Shown here piece by piece: positions 28,551-37,510 of a stretch of DNA of 64,000 bases. The DNA comes from a bacterium (lineage in GTDB: Bacteria > UBA8248): NCBI GenBank assembly GCA_965204535.1, contig OZ241996.1, forward strand, positions 896,001 through 960,000, in the 5' to 3' direction. The translations under genes were made by a program, and so were the position numbers. Position 1 is the stretch's first letter. Each line of letters starts with the position of its first letter. The notes beneath the pieces are model-generated. The model ran no database searches and had not been told where the DNA came from. It was given only the letters and a program-made list of their open reading frames with translations.

Positions 28551-28803
28551 GGGGTGTTGGAAAGTCATGATGAAGGAGGGGTTTGTTCCGTAGGGGCCGT
28601 TCGCGAACGGCCTTTGCCGGAGAAACGGGCGCTTCACGAAGCGCCCCTACGACACCCTTCTGGAGAATCTCACAACGTCCCTCATCCCGAGTAGGCCCGC
28701 AAGGGCCGTATCGAGGGACGCCGGAAAATAGCCCCTGCATGAAAACCAACCCCCCCTACCCCCCCTTGACAGGGGGGTAAAAAAAGAAAACCCCCCGACA
28801 AGG
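28551..28803. repeat. Mixed palindromic repeat cluster 1
   Basis: Degenerate MITE end 28551-28566, GTAG-REP doublet 28590-28650, CCTCATCCCGAGTAG..GTATCGAGGG hairpin 28676-28720, C7-TA-C7-TTGACA-G6 unit 28748-28778. Confidence 0.8.
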
Positions 28804-28910
28804 AAGCAAGGGGTTCAACGCCGAAAGTTGCCCCTCATGAGGAGGCATGGCCAATCGGGCATGGGGTTCCCGTTTTTCACATATCGGTGCGGAAGCGCGG
28901 GGGAGGGGAT

Positions 28911-29660
28911 TCAGACGAGCAGAAGCCGTATCGAACCTCCCAGGGCGATGCTCAGAACGCACAGGTTGAACGTGCGCCCGCTGAGCCTCTCCTGCACCCA
29001 TGCACCGGCCTTGATGCCCAGCCACAGGACGGGCAGGCCGACTACTGTCGCCCAGATGGTGTCCCAGGTGACGACGGATACCTGCCAGAAGGCGACCACC
29101 TTGATGGGGTTGAACACCGCGTAGAGCATCCATATCGTGCTCACCAGGGTGAGTTTTTCGAGTCGCTGGCTGATGAGGACGGGGGTGAGGAAGATCGCCC
29201 CGCTGTTGGCGAGTGCCGAGCAAAGCCCGCTCATGACGCCGAAGCCCCCGCCCTGCCACATCGGCAGGGGAGGGATATCGAAGGGTCTGCCCCTGATTTC
29301 CACGAGTGCCTGGTAGGCGGCGAGGGAGAAGCAGATGGCGCCGATCAGCATTTTCAGCCCCGCTCCCGGGAGCCAGGTGAGCAGCCAGACGCCCAGGCCG
29401 AGCCCGACCACGATGCCGGGTGCTAAGAGGAACACGTAGCGCAGGTTCCATTTTCCCCAGAAATGGGGCGCCGACCCCAGGCCCGACCAGCAGCTGAACA
29501 TCGCGATGAGGCCGAGCGAAAAAGAGGGCGAGAACGCGAAGATGAGGAACGGCGTGATCACCAGGCCCACGCCCGCCCCGAACGTGCGCACCAGAAAGCC
29601 GTTGCAAAACGCCGCTGCGAGGACGAAGCTCCACTCGACCCAGGTGAAATCCGGCATCAC
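28911..29660 (-). CDS. TauE/SafE family (sulfite exporter-like) membrane protein
   Basis: ~8 TM segments, 'GFLVRTFGAGVGLVITP', 'GVMSGLCSALANSG'. Confidence 0.82.
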   Translation of the reverse strand: MMPDFTWVEWSFVLAAAFCNGFLVRTFGAGVGLVITPFLIFAFSPSFSLGLIAMFSCWSGLGSAPHFWGKWNLRYVFLLAPGIVVGLGLGVWLLTWLPGAGLKMLIGAICFSLAAYQALVEIRGRPFDIPPLPMWQGGGFGVMSGLCSALANSGAIFLTPVLISQRLEKLTLVSTIWMLYAVFNPIKVVAFWQVSVVTWDTIWATVVGLPVLWLGIKAGAWVQERLSGRTFNLCVLSIALGGSIRLLLV

Positions 29661-30406
29661 TGGTTCGATTCCAGCAGAAGGCGCAGGGCGGTGATGAGGG
29701 ATAAGAGCAGGAGGATGTAGGTGAATCCTTTCTGGGGGATTTTATGGAGCGTCTGCTTGCCGCACCAGCTTCCGGCCCATGCGAGGGGAAAGGCGAGCGC
29801 GCCCGCCACGAGCATGGGCGTCTGCACGACGCCCCCGTACCACAGCGAAGCGACCTTGAAGGGGTTCACGCAGAACCAGACGACGAGGATGCTCGCCACT
29901 ATCGCCGTTTTCGACATGCCCTGGCTGACGAAGAACAGGCTCAGCACGAGGCCGCCCGAGTGGAACATGGCGCTGATGATGCCGCCGCCTACACCGATGC
30001 CCACCCCCGCCGGGAGGCTGATGGGCGGGGGCTTCATCTCGCCGCGCGCCTCGCGCCAGAAGAGCAGCACGGCGAAGAGGACGCAGGTCAAGCCGATCCC
30101 CTTTCTCAGCCAGAAATCGGGCAGGGTCACCAGCCAGTAGACGCCGATGATGATGCCGATGTAGAAGCCGGGCACCAGGTAGCGCAGGAAGCGGCTCTCC
30201 CACTGCTTCCAGAACATGGGGATGGCGAAGAAATCAGTCACCCACATGATGACGGCCACGATGCCGATGATGAACCGCGTGGGCCAGAACATGATCATGA
30301 TCGGAACGAGAAGGATGCCGATACCGGAACTGAAGGTGGTTTTCAGAAAGCCGACGAAAAAGGCGGTGATCCCGAATGCGAGAAGTTGATGCGCCGTGTA
30401 GTCCAA
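29657..30406 (-). CDS. TauE/SafE family membrane protein
   Basis: 'VGFLKTTFSSGIGILLVP', 'GGIISAMFHSGG'. Overlaps the next gene (GTGA). Confidence 0.82.
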   Translation of the reverse strand: MDYTAHQLLAFGITAFFVGFLKTTFSSGIGILLVPIMIMFWPTRFIIGIVAVIMWVTDFFAIPMFWKQWESRFLRYLVPGFYIGIIIGVYWLVTLPDFWLRKGIGLTCVLFAVLLFWREARGEMKPPPISLPAGVGIGVGGGIISAMFHSGGLVLSLFFVSQGMSKTAIVASILVVWFCVNPFKVASLWYGGVVQTPMLVAGALAFPLAWAGSWCGKQTLHKIPQKGFTYILLLLSLITALRLLLESNQ

Positions 30407-30552
30407 AACGTCCCCTGCAAGCCTTTGACGAAAAGTAGCGCCAGCTTAGCGATTCGGGGGGCCGGGAACAAGGGCGGGGCGGGTTCGCGCGGTTGTTGAG
30501 TAAGGCGTTGTCAAGGGAGCGAACGTTCCCTCTCCGGTCGGGTTCGACGCCC

Positions 30553-30893
30553 ACCCCCCTTGTCTACGGGCATCGCCTTTTTATACTCCCCTGACAAGGG
30601 GGGGTAGGGGGGGTTGGTTTTCAGGGCGAGGAGGGGGTGCCGAATCTGTTTTTGCCGGAATGACGACGGGGTGTGGGGCTGTTGAAAAAGCCCAGTGGAG
30701 CGATTTTGGTTGAGCGCGCGCCTTTGATGTTCACTCCCCCCTTGAGGGGGAGTCGATGAAGCCGAGCGATTTGTGCGAAGGCTGAATCGGTGGGGGGTAA
30801 AATGCGTTTTATCGCCATTCCGAATTATCCCCCCACCGGTTCGCCTGCGGGCTACGCCCTTGGCTCACCGACTCCCCCTCAAGGGGGGAGTGG
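30553..30893. repeat. Mixed palindromic repeat cluster 2
   Basis: G/C-run unit 30553-30616, GCCGGAATGACG half-site, MITE end 30675-30690, ACTCCCCC-TTGA/TCAA-GGGGGAGT doublet 30732-30892 homologous to 49676-49838. Confidence 0.85.
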
Positions 30894-30948
30894 ATGTTGA
30901 GCGCTCTGCAAGAGCGGGGCGGGGCGGTGCCGACCGAAGCGGCCGGAT

Positions 30949-30977
30949 TTGCTCTTTCGGCGTATTATGGGGATAAT
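30949..30977 (+). promoter_or_regulatory. Putative sigma70 promoter of the dctPQM operon
   Basis: TTGCTC-17 nt-GATAAT about 110 nt upstream of dctP. Confidence 0.45.
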
Positions 30978-31089
30978 TTCGATATCCGGCGTATGACAAT
31001 GGTTTTCTCCAGGCCGGGCGTCCCCGATCGTTTCGGAGACGCCCGGGGGAGGATGGGTTGATGACTCGTCATTCAGGAGGAGGTGTTCG

Positions 31090-32076
31090 ATGAAATCGTT
31101 GAGAACCGGTTTTGCGATCGTAGCGCTCTTGGTCGGGATGATGATCCTCGCGACCGCCGCCGAGGCCGCGAAGGTGAAATTCACGCTCGGCACGACGAAC
31201 AGCACCAAGGAGTTCAGCGTGCAGGCCATGCAGCGCTGGGCCGACGCCATGCGGGCGCGCTCCAACGGCGAACTCGACATGCAAATCATCGCGGGCGGCG
31301 CCCTGGGCGGCGACAAGCAGCTGCTCCAGCAGTTGGGGACGAACGAGATTCAGCTGCACGTGGCGGGCCCCGTCGTGGTCCACCACCTCGTGAAGGAATA
31401 CCAGTGCATGGAGGCCGAGTTCGTCTACAAGGACGGCAACCACGGGCTCAAGGTATGGAACGGGCCGCTCGGGAAAGAGGTGAGCGGCGTCCTCCAGAAG
31501 AAGCACAACATCCGGATCGTCGGCGTGGGACACCGGGGCGCGCGGAACCTCACCTCGAAAGTACCCGTCAAGAATCCGTCTGACATGAAGGGCATCAAGG
31601 TGCGCATCACCAACAAGCTGCGCCAGCGCGTGTTCAAGGCGTTCGGGGCGAACCCCGTGCCGATGTCGTTCAAGGAGCTCTACGGCGCGCTCCAGACCGG
31701 AACGGTCGAGGCGCAGGAAAACCCGCTCGGCACCATCTACGGGTCGAACTTCTTTGAAGTGCAAAAATACCTGAACCTCACCGGCCACGTCTGGAGCTAT
31801 TTCGTCGTGTCCGGGAACAACGGGTTCTACAAGGGACTGAGCGCCGGCCACAAGAAAATCTTCGACGAGGAAGCGAAGAAGGCCATCGACTGGATGACGG
31901 ACGCCGTCTGGAAGTCCTTCGCCGACGTCGAAGCCAAGCTCAAGGCCAAGGGGATGACGGTCGTCAAGCCCAACGTCGCGGCCTTCAAGAAGATCGCCGA
32001 GCCGATCGTCCAGAAGTTCGCGAAGGAAAGGTGCCGGCCCGGACTGCTCGAGGACATCGCCAAACAGGGGATGTAG
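31090..32076 (+). CDS. dctP: TRAP transporter substrate-binding protein (DctP family)
   Basis: Signal peptide, 'GGALGGD', 'DMKGIKVR', 'GANPVPMSFKELYGALQTGTVEAQENP'. Confidence 0.93.
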   Translation: MKSLRTGFAIVALLVGMMILATAAEAAKVKFTLGTTNSTKEFSVQAMQRWADAMRARSNGELDMQIIAGGALGGDKQLLQQLGTNEIQLHVAGPVVVHHLVKEYQCMEAEFVYKDGNHGLKVWNGPLGKEVSGVLQKKHNIRIVGVGHRGARNLTSKVPVKNPSDMKGIKVRITNKLRQRVFKAFGANPVPMSFKELYGALQTGTVEAQENPLGTIYGSNFFEVQKYLNLTGHVWSYFVVSGNNGFYKGLSAGHKKIFDEEAKKAIDWMTDAVWKSFADVEAKLKAKGMTVVKPNVAAFKKIAEPIVQKFAKERCRPGLLEDIAKQGM

Positions 32077-32092
32077 CCGCTTTTCCGCTCAA

Positions 32093-32134
32093 CCCCTCCG
32101 GCGCCTCGTGATCGATTTCGCGGGGCGCCGGGGG
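32093..32134 (+). terminator. Stem-loop between dctP and dctQ (attenuating or mRNA-stabilising)
   Basis: CCGGCGCCTCGTGA...TCGCGGGGCGCCGG hairpin followed by a T-rich run. Confidence 0.5.
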
Positions 32135-32184
32135 TTTCTCGAGGGTTTTCTCCTCATTCTATCCATGCGGGGGGTTCGGGGTTC

Positions 32185-32700
32185 GTGACTTCCAGGTCGC
32201 CTAGGCCATTGTTGCGGAACGTGACCTATATTGTCACGGGCGTCGCCCTCGTAGGCTTCTGCGGAATGCTCCTCTCGACATGGGCGCAGATTCTCTTCCG
32301 AAAACTCGCGATATCGGTCGACTGGACCGAAGAGCTGGCAAGAATCCTCTTTATCACGAGCGTGTTCCTGGGCATCGCCATCGGCGTCGCCGAAAAACGC
32401 CACATCGTCGTGGATTTTCTCCTGAACCGGCTTCCGCCGCGCCTCCGCGCCCTCGTCGGGATGCTGTTCAACGCCGTCATCCTCGTTTTCCTGATTTTTC
32501 TGCTGCGGGGTGCTGCGGCGATGGTTTCCGTGACCTGGGAATCCTACATGATAGCCATCTCCTGGCTGCGCACCGGGTATCTCTACTTCATCGAGTGCGT
32601 CGCCATCGTGCTGACCATCCTGTACGTTCTCTACGGATTCGGGGAGAGCTTTAAGGCTTTTCTGTCTGGTTCTGGCGATGCGGAAGAAGGCGCCGAGTGA
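32185..32700 (+). CDS. dctQ: TRAP transporter small permease
   Basis: 4 TM segments, 'WTEELAR', 'HIVVDFLL'. Confidence 0.92.
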   Translation: MTSRSPRPLLRNVTYIVTGVALVGFCGMLLSTWAQILFRKLAISVDWTEELARILFITSVFLGIAIGVAEKRHIVVDFLLNRLPPRLRALVGMLFNAVILVFLIFLLRGAAAMVSVTWESYMIAISWLRTGYLYFIECVAIVLTILYVLYGFGESFKAFLSGSGDAEEGAE

Positions 32701-33998
32701 TGGTCGCCTACGCCTTTCTGGCATTCGCTCTCGTCATCCTGATCATGCTGGGCTTTCCGGTGGGATTCGGGGCGGGCACCGTATCCATGATAGGGGCGGG
32801 TTATTTCTTCGGCGATTTCCTGGACCCGCGCACCTCTTCGATGATCGCCCGCCTCGCGTTCGCCAAGATCAACAACTTTCTCCTGCTGGCCATCCCGTTC
32901 TTCCTCCTGACCGGCCGGCTCATGAACGTGGGCGGAATCACCGAGCGGCTCTTCGGCTTCGTGAGCGTCGTGTCGCGCCCCCTGAAGGGGGGCCTCGGCC
33001 ATGCGAACGTGCTGGCGAGCATGATCTTTGCGGGCATGTCGGGTGCCGCGACGGCGGACGCCGTCGGCCTCGGCACGGTGGAGATGCGCGCCATGCTGCA
33101 GGAGGGCTACGACCGCGAATTCAGCTCAGGCATCACGGCGGCGTCTTCGCTCATCGGCCCCATCATCCCGCCGAGCATCCCGCTCGTGGCCTACGGCGTC
33201 ATCGCGGAGGAATCCATCGGCTCGCTGTTCCTGGGCGGCGTCATCCCCGGCACGCTGATGGCCATCGCCTTCATCATCTACGTGAGCTACCGTGCCCGCA
33301 AGGGCAATTACCCCTCGGGATCGATGGCGGGAATCCGCGAACTCCTCGTTTCCTTCCGGAACGCCTTCTTGCCGCTGATGACGCCCGTCATCATCATCGG
33401 CGGCATTTACGGGGGCATCTTCACCCCGACCGAGGCGGCCGCCGTCGCGGCGTTCTACGCCATGGTGCTGGGGCTGCTCTTCTACAGGGAGTACGGCTGG
33501 CGCCACCTGCTGCGCGAGATCAAGGGCACGATGATCGACACGGCCGTCATCATGCTGGTCATCGCCTTCACCTCGGCCTTCGGCGTGGTGATGATTCGGG
33601 GGCAGGTGCCCGACGCCCTGGCCGCCCTGATCACGCAGATATCCAGCGACCCGACGGTGCTGCTGTTCCTGTTCACGATATTGTGGATGATCGTCGGCTG
33701 CTTCATGGCGGAGACGCCCGCCATCCTCATCCTGACGCCGATTCTGCTGCCCACGGCGGAGAAATTCGGCATCGACCCCATTCATTTTGGCGTCGTCATG
33801 ACGGTCGCCCTGACGATAGGCCTCTTGACGCCGCCCGTCGGCATGGTGCTCTACGCGCTCATCCCCGTCACGGAACTGCCCTTCGAGCGGCTGGCCGTCC
33901 TGGCGATCCCCTACATTCTGCTCTCGCTCATCGTCGTCGCCCTGACGATCGTCTTCCCCGAACTCGTGCTCTGGCTCCCGCGGGTGGTCATGAGCTGA
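32697..33998 (+). CDS. dctM: TRAP transporter large permease
   Basis: 'LLAIPFFLL', 'GPIIPPSIP', 'GIFTPTEAA', 'GLLTPPVG'. Confidence 0.95.
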   Translation: MMVAYAFLAFALVILIMLGFPVGFGAGTVSMIGAGYFFGDFLDPRTSSMIARLAFAKINNFLLLAIPFFLLTGRLMNVGGITERLFGFVSVVSRPLKGGLGHANVLASMIFAGMSGAATADAVGLGTVEMRAMLQEGYDREFSSGITAASSLIGPIIPPSIPLVAYGVIAEESIGSLFLGGVIPGTLMAIAFIIYVSYRARKGNYPSGSMAGIRELLVSFRNAFLPLMTPVIIIGGIYGGIFTPTEAAAVAAFYAMVLGLLFYREYGWRHLLREIKGTMIDTAVIMLVIAFTSAFGVVMIRGQVPDALAALITQISSDPTVLLFLFTILWMIVGCFMAETPAILILTPILLPTAEKFGIDPIHFGVVMTVALTIGLLTPPVGMVLYALIPVTELPFERLAVLAIPYILLSLIVVALTIVFPELVLWLPRVVMS

Positions 33999-34026
33999 GG
34001 TAGGAAGGGTTTGGGTAGGCGAGAGC

Positions 34027-34374
34027 GCGGGATTCCACTGTAGGGGCAGACCTGCGTGTCCGCCCATTTTTCGTTATAGCGGGTGCAGGGCGGATACACG
34101 GGTCCGCCCCTACGGGTTGATGCGGTTTTGACGTGAGAATGGTTGACGTTCGTAGGGACAGGCCCCCGTGCCTGTCCTGTATTGGGGTGAATACGCCCGA
34201 CGGGCGGCCACGGGGGGCCGCCCCTACGATGGTCATTCGAGGGGGTGTGTAGGTCGGACATATATGTCCGACATATTATGCGACCCGCATTGTGAAGGCG
34301 AAAAGGACGGGCCGCATGTATGCGGCCCCTACAGTGGCATCCCGCCAGAGTGGCAAGGGGTTTTCAACAACCCC
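34027..34374. repeat. GTAG-REP cluster 3, ending in a MITE right end
   Basis: GTAG..CTAC units at 34040-34113, 34152-34227 and 34249-34332. Outer extended IR gcgggattccactgtagggg / cccctacagtggcatcccgc. ggggttttcaacaacccc at 34357-34374. Confidence 0.85.
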
Positions 34375-34386
34375 GTACGCCCGGCC

Positions 34387-34644
34387 CTAGAACGTGGTGA
34401 CGCCGCCCTCGATCCCGAACAATCTGGGTATCAGGCCGTGGAAGTAGTAGACGTCGATCAGCACCAGGGCGAAAAACACCGCGATGAAGATGAGGATCAG
34501 GCCCGCGATGAAACACGGTATCTGGGCGATGGCTTTGAAGACGCCCGCGATGCTGCCTTTTCGCAAGGGATAGCCGCAGTGCGGGCATGTCCTGGCTTCG
34601 GTGCTCAGGAGCCCCCCGCATTCGGGGCAGTTGAGAAGCGACAC
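34387..34644 (-). CDS. Zinc-ribbon membrane protein
   Basis: 'LLNCPECGG..STEARTCPHCGYP' plus one TM segment. GTG start directly after the upstream stop. Confidence 0.75.
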   Translation of the reverse strand: MSLLNCPECGGLLSTEARTCPHCGYPLRKGSIAGVFKAIAQIPCFIAGLILIFIAVFFALVLIDVYYFHGLIPRLFGIEGGVTTF

Positions 34645-34645
34645 C

Positions 34646-36592
34646 TCATCGCGCCTCTGTGATCGCGCGTAAAAATTCAGGCACCTCGATGGATGAGGTG
34701 TCGATGTTCGCGGGGTCCTCGCCCATGTAGACCTTCTTGATGGCGGCGCGCACGATCTTGGCCGAGCGCGTCTTTGGGAGCGCATCGACGAACTTGACCT
34801 CATCGGGGCGCAGGCTTTTTCCTAGATATTTCACGGTCTCTTCCTTGAGGTCGTCGCGGAGCGCGTCGCTCGGCTCATGGCCCCCGACCAGGACCACGTA
34901 ACAGCAAAGACCCTCGCCCTTGATGGGGTGCGGCGCGCCGATGACAGCGGCTTCCACCACGGCGGGATGCCGGATGAGGGCGGCCTCCACCTCAGCGGGT
35001 CCCACGCGCTTGCCCGCGACGTTGATGGTGTCGTCAGACCGCCCGAAGAGATACCACTGCCCGTCTTCGTCCAGGCGCGCCCAGTCGCCGTGGTACCAGA
35101 CGTCCGGCCAGCGGGAGAAATAGGTTTCCAGAAAGCGCGCGTCGTCTTTCAGGAAGCCCTTGGTCATCGAGGGGACGGGTTGCTTGAGCACGAGGTGCCC
35201 GATCTCCCCGCGCACGGGCTGCCCCTCTTCGTTGAACACGTCGGCGTCCGAACCCAGGGCCGGGCCGCCCAGGGAGCACGGGGTGAGCGGGACGATGGGG
35301 TAGGGTTGGAGTATGCAGCCGCAAAGCTCGGTGCCGCCCGATATGTTCATGACGGGGCACTGCGAGCCGCCCACCTTTTCAAAATACCACATGTAGGATT
35401 CGGGGTCCCAGGGCTCGCCGGTCGAGCCCAGCACGCGAAGCGAGGAGAGGTCGTGTTTTTCCACCCACTCATCGCCCGCGCTGATGAGCAGCCGCACGGC
35501 GGTGGGCGAGACGCCGAAGATGGAGACCTTGTGATCGCTCAGCATCTTCCAGAGCCTGTCGGGTTCGGGCCAGTTGGGCGCGCCCTCGTAAATCAGATAC
35601 GTCCCGCCCCCGAACTGGACGCCTATCATCTTCCAGGGACCCATCATCCAGCCGATGTCCGTCACCCAGAAGAGGGTGTCCGAATCGCGCAGGTCCATGC
35701 AGTAGCGGATCTCCTTGGCCACGTTGAGCATGCACCCCGCGTGGGTGTGCACCGAGCCTTTCGGCTTTCCCGTCGTGCCCGAGGTGTAGATGATGAGGGA
35801 GAGGGCCTCGGCGGGCAGGCGCTCGGTTTCGGCGGTGTCGGGCTGGCCGCTTGCGAAATCGTCCCAGTCGACGTCCCGTCCGGCCTGCATGGGAACGTCC
35901 GATTCGGTTCTTCTGAAGACCACGACCTTCTCGACCCGGGTTTCGAGGGTCAGGGCCTTGTCCATCAGGGCCTTCACGCCGATCTCCTTGCCCCGGCGCA
36001 TCCCGCCGTTCGAGGTGAAGACGAGCCGCGCGTCTGCGTGGTCGAGACGCTCGGCGACCGCCTCGGGGCCGAAGCCCGAGAAGATGGGGATCGCCACGAC
36101 GCCGATCTTGAGACAAGCGAACATGGCGAAGACCGTCTCGGGGAGCATGGGCATGAAGATGCCCGCGCTGTCGCCGGGGCGCATCCCCATCGCACGCATG
36201 GCGTTCGCCAGGCGGCAGACGTGGGCGTTCATCTCGGCGTAGGTGTAGCGGCGCACTTCGCCGCCGTCCCCCTCCCAGATGAGGGCCGTCATGTCGCGTT
36301 TGGAGGTCGTGAGGTGCCTGTCGATGCAGTTGTGGACGATGTTGAGTTCGCCGCCCAGGAACCACTTCGTCCAGGGCAGGCCGCCCGATGCGTCCATGAT
36401 CTCGTCATACGGCCTGTACCAGGAGACGCCCATGTCCTTCTCGATGGCCGACCAGAAGCGGCCGACGTCTTCTCTGAAATAATCGATCAACGCCTCATAG
36501 CTCGTAAGCCCCTGTTTCTTCATGAAGCGGGCGACGTTCGAGTTCTCGAGAAAATCCTCGTTTGGCCGCCAGATGATTTCGGAATTGCTCAC
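34646..36592 (-). CDS. Acetyl-CoA synthetase-like AMP-binding enzyme (paralogue 2)
   Basis: 'YTSGTTGKPKG', 'STGEPW', 'SGGTE', 'GRSDD', 'LPKTRSAKIVR'. Confidence 0.93.
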   Translation of the reverse strand: MSNSEIIWRPNEDFLENSNVARFMKKQGLTSYEALIDYFREDVGRFWSAIEKDMGVSWYRPYDEIMDASGGLPWTKWFLGGELNIVHNCIDRHLTTSKRDMTALIWEGDGGEVRRYTYAEMNAHVCRLANAMRAMGMRPGDSAGIFMPMLPETVFAMFACLKIGVVAIPIFSGFGPEAVAERLDHADARLVFTSNGGMRRGKEIGVKALMDKALTLETRVEKVVVFRRTESDVPMQAGRDVDWDDFASGQPDTAETERLPAEALSLIIYTSGTTGKPKGSVHTHAGCMLNVAKEIRYCMDLRDSDTLFWVTDIGWMMGPWKMIGVQFGGGTYLIYEGAPNWPEPDRLWKMLSDHKVSIFGVSPTAVRLLISAGDEWVEKHDLSSLRVLGSTGEPWDPESYMWYFEKVGGSQCPVMNISGGTELCGCILQPYPIVPLTPCSLGGPALGSDADVFNEEGQPVRGEIGHLVLKQPVPSMTKGFLKDDARFLETYFSRWPDVWYHGDWARLDEDGQWYLFGRSDDTINVAGKRVGPAEVEAALIRHPAVVEAAVIGAPHPIKGEGLCCYVVLVGGHEPSDALRDDLKEETVKYLGKSLRPDEVKFVDALPKTRSAKIVRAAIKKVYMGEDPANIDTSSIEVPEFLRAITEAR

Positions 36593-36612
36593 GGCTTTTC
36601 CTCGGGTGGTTA

Positions 36613-37473
36613 TTACGTTTTGCGCTTATAAGCCAGGTGCATGAGTTCTTTTAATGCATCGCCTCGTTTTTCGATATCGTCCTTATTGAGATCAATATCA
36701 TAAGCACGTCTGTGTCTGTTATATGCAAAGGCAATATCTGTTTGTTGTTCGAGTCGTTCGTCGGTTTCTTGTGTTCTCTCCCAGAAAATCCTGAGGCGGA
36801 GGCGATTTTTCTGGGGGATGAGGGCAATAAAGTTGTTTACTCGACCATTTTGGGAGAGGCCAATGTAATACTTGTTGTATTTTGGTTCCACATCTGGAGC
36901 GAACCCTCTAATCATTCCTATTAGTTGATCGGCAAGTGAAACAGTGGCTTTAGAACCTCGCTGCTCCCAATATGTACGATCTGCGGGTGTTTGAGGTTCT
37001 TCGTCCTCGTCTCCTCGCACTAGTACATCCATTACAGTAGTAAAAACCAATGAAATGTAATCGCCGATCTTCAAGGCTTGAAACTGAATCGCGATCAGGG
37101 GAATCGCGCCGTTGAACAGTGAAACGACATTCAAGAAACGACTAGTGACGTCCTCAGCGACCAGAACCGCGGAATGCTCGTATTGCGGATAACGCTTCCG
37201 CTCAATGTCCCAATACTCGATGGTGCGGATGATGTGCGATTCGTCGGTTGCCCCAAGCTGGATTTCGACTTCGTATCTGTGGTCTGTTTTCGAATCTTGA
37301 AGCAGTAGGTCTAAACGGCCTGCACTGGGCTGTTTTCGCTCCGTATCCATCAAAACAAGATCGCCCAGCCCTAATATGGATGGGTCTTCGGAGATTCTAT
37401 CCTGCACCCATTTTTCGTTCAGTTCGGGATGAGGATTCTTCAGCCAAATTCTTTCTGGCTTCACGTATTGCAC
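36613..37473 (-). CDS. PD-(D/E)xK (NucS/DUF91-like) nuclease-fold protein with DUF5655-like C-terminus
   Basis: 'LNEKWVQ', 'GRLDLLL', 'YEVEIQLG..DESHIIRTIEYW', 'PKYNKYYIGL'. Lower GC than neighbours. Confidence 0.7.
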   Translation of the reverse strand: MQYVKPERIWLKNPHPELNEKWVQDRISEDPSILGLGDLVLMDTERKQPSAGRLDLLLQDSKTDHRYEVEIQLGATDESHIIRTIEYWDIERKRYPQYEHSAVLVAEDVTSRFLNVVSLFNGAIPLIAIQFQALKIGDYISLVFTTVMDVLVRGDEDEEPQTPADRTYWEQRGSKATVSLADQLIGMIRGFAPDVEPKYNKYYIGLSQNGRVNNFIALIPQKNRLRLRIFWERTQETDERLEQQTDIAFAYNRHRRAYDIDLNKDDIEKRGDALKELMHLAYKRKT

Positions 37474-37510
37474 TGAACCGTCTCCTTAGGGATGTCTATT
37501 GTCCCTTTCC

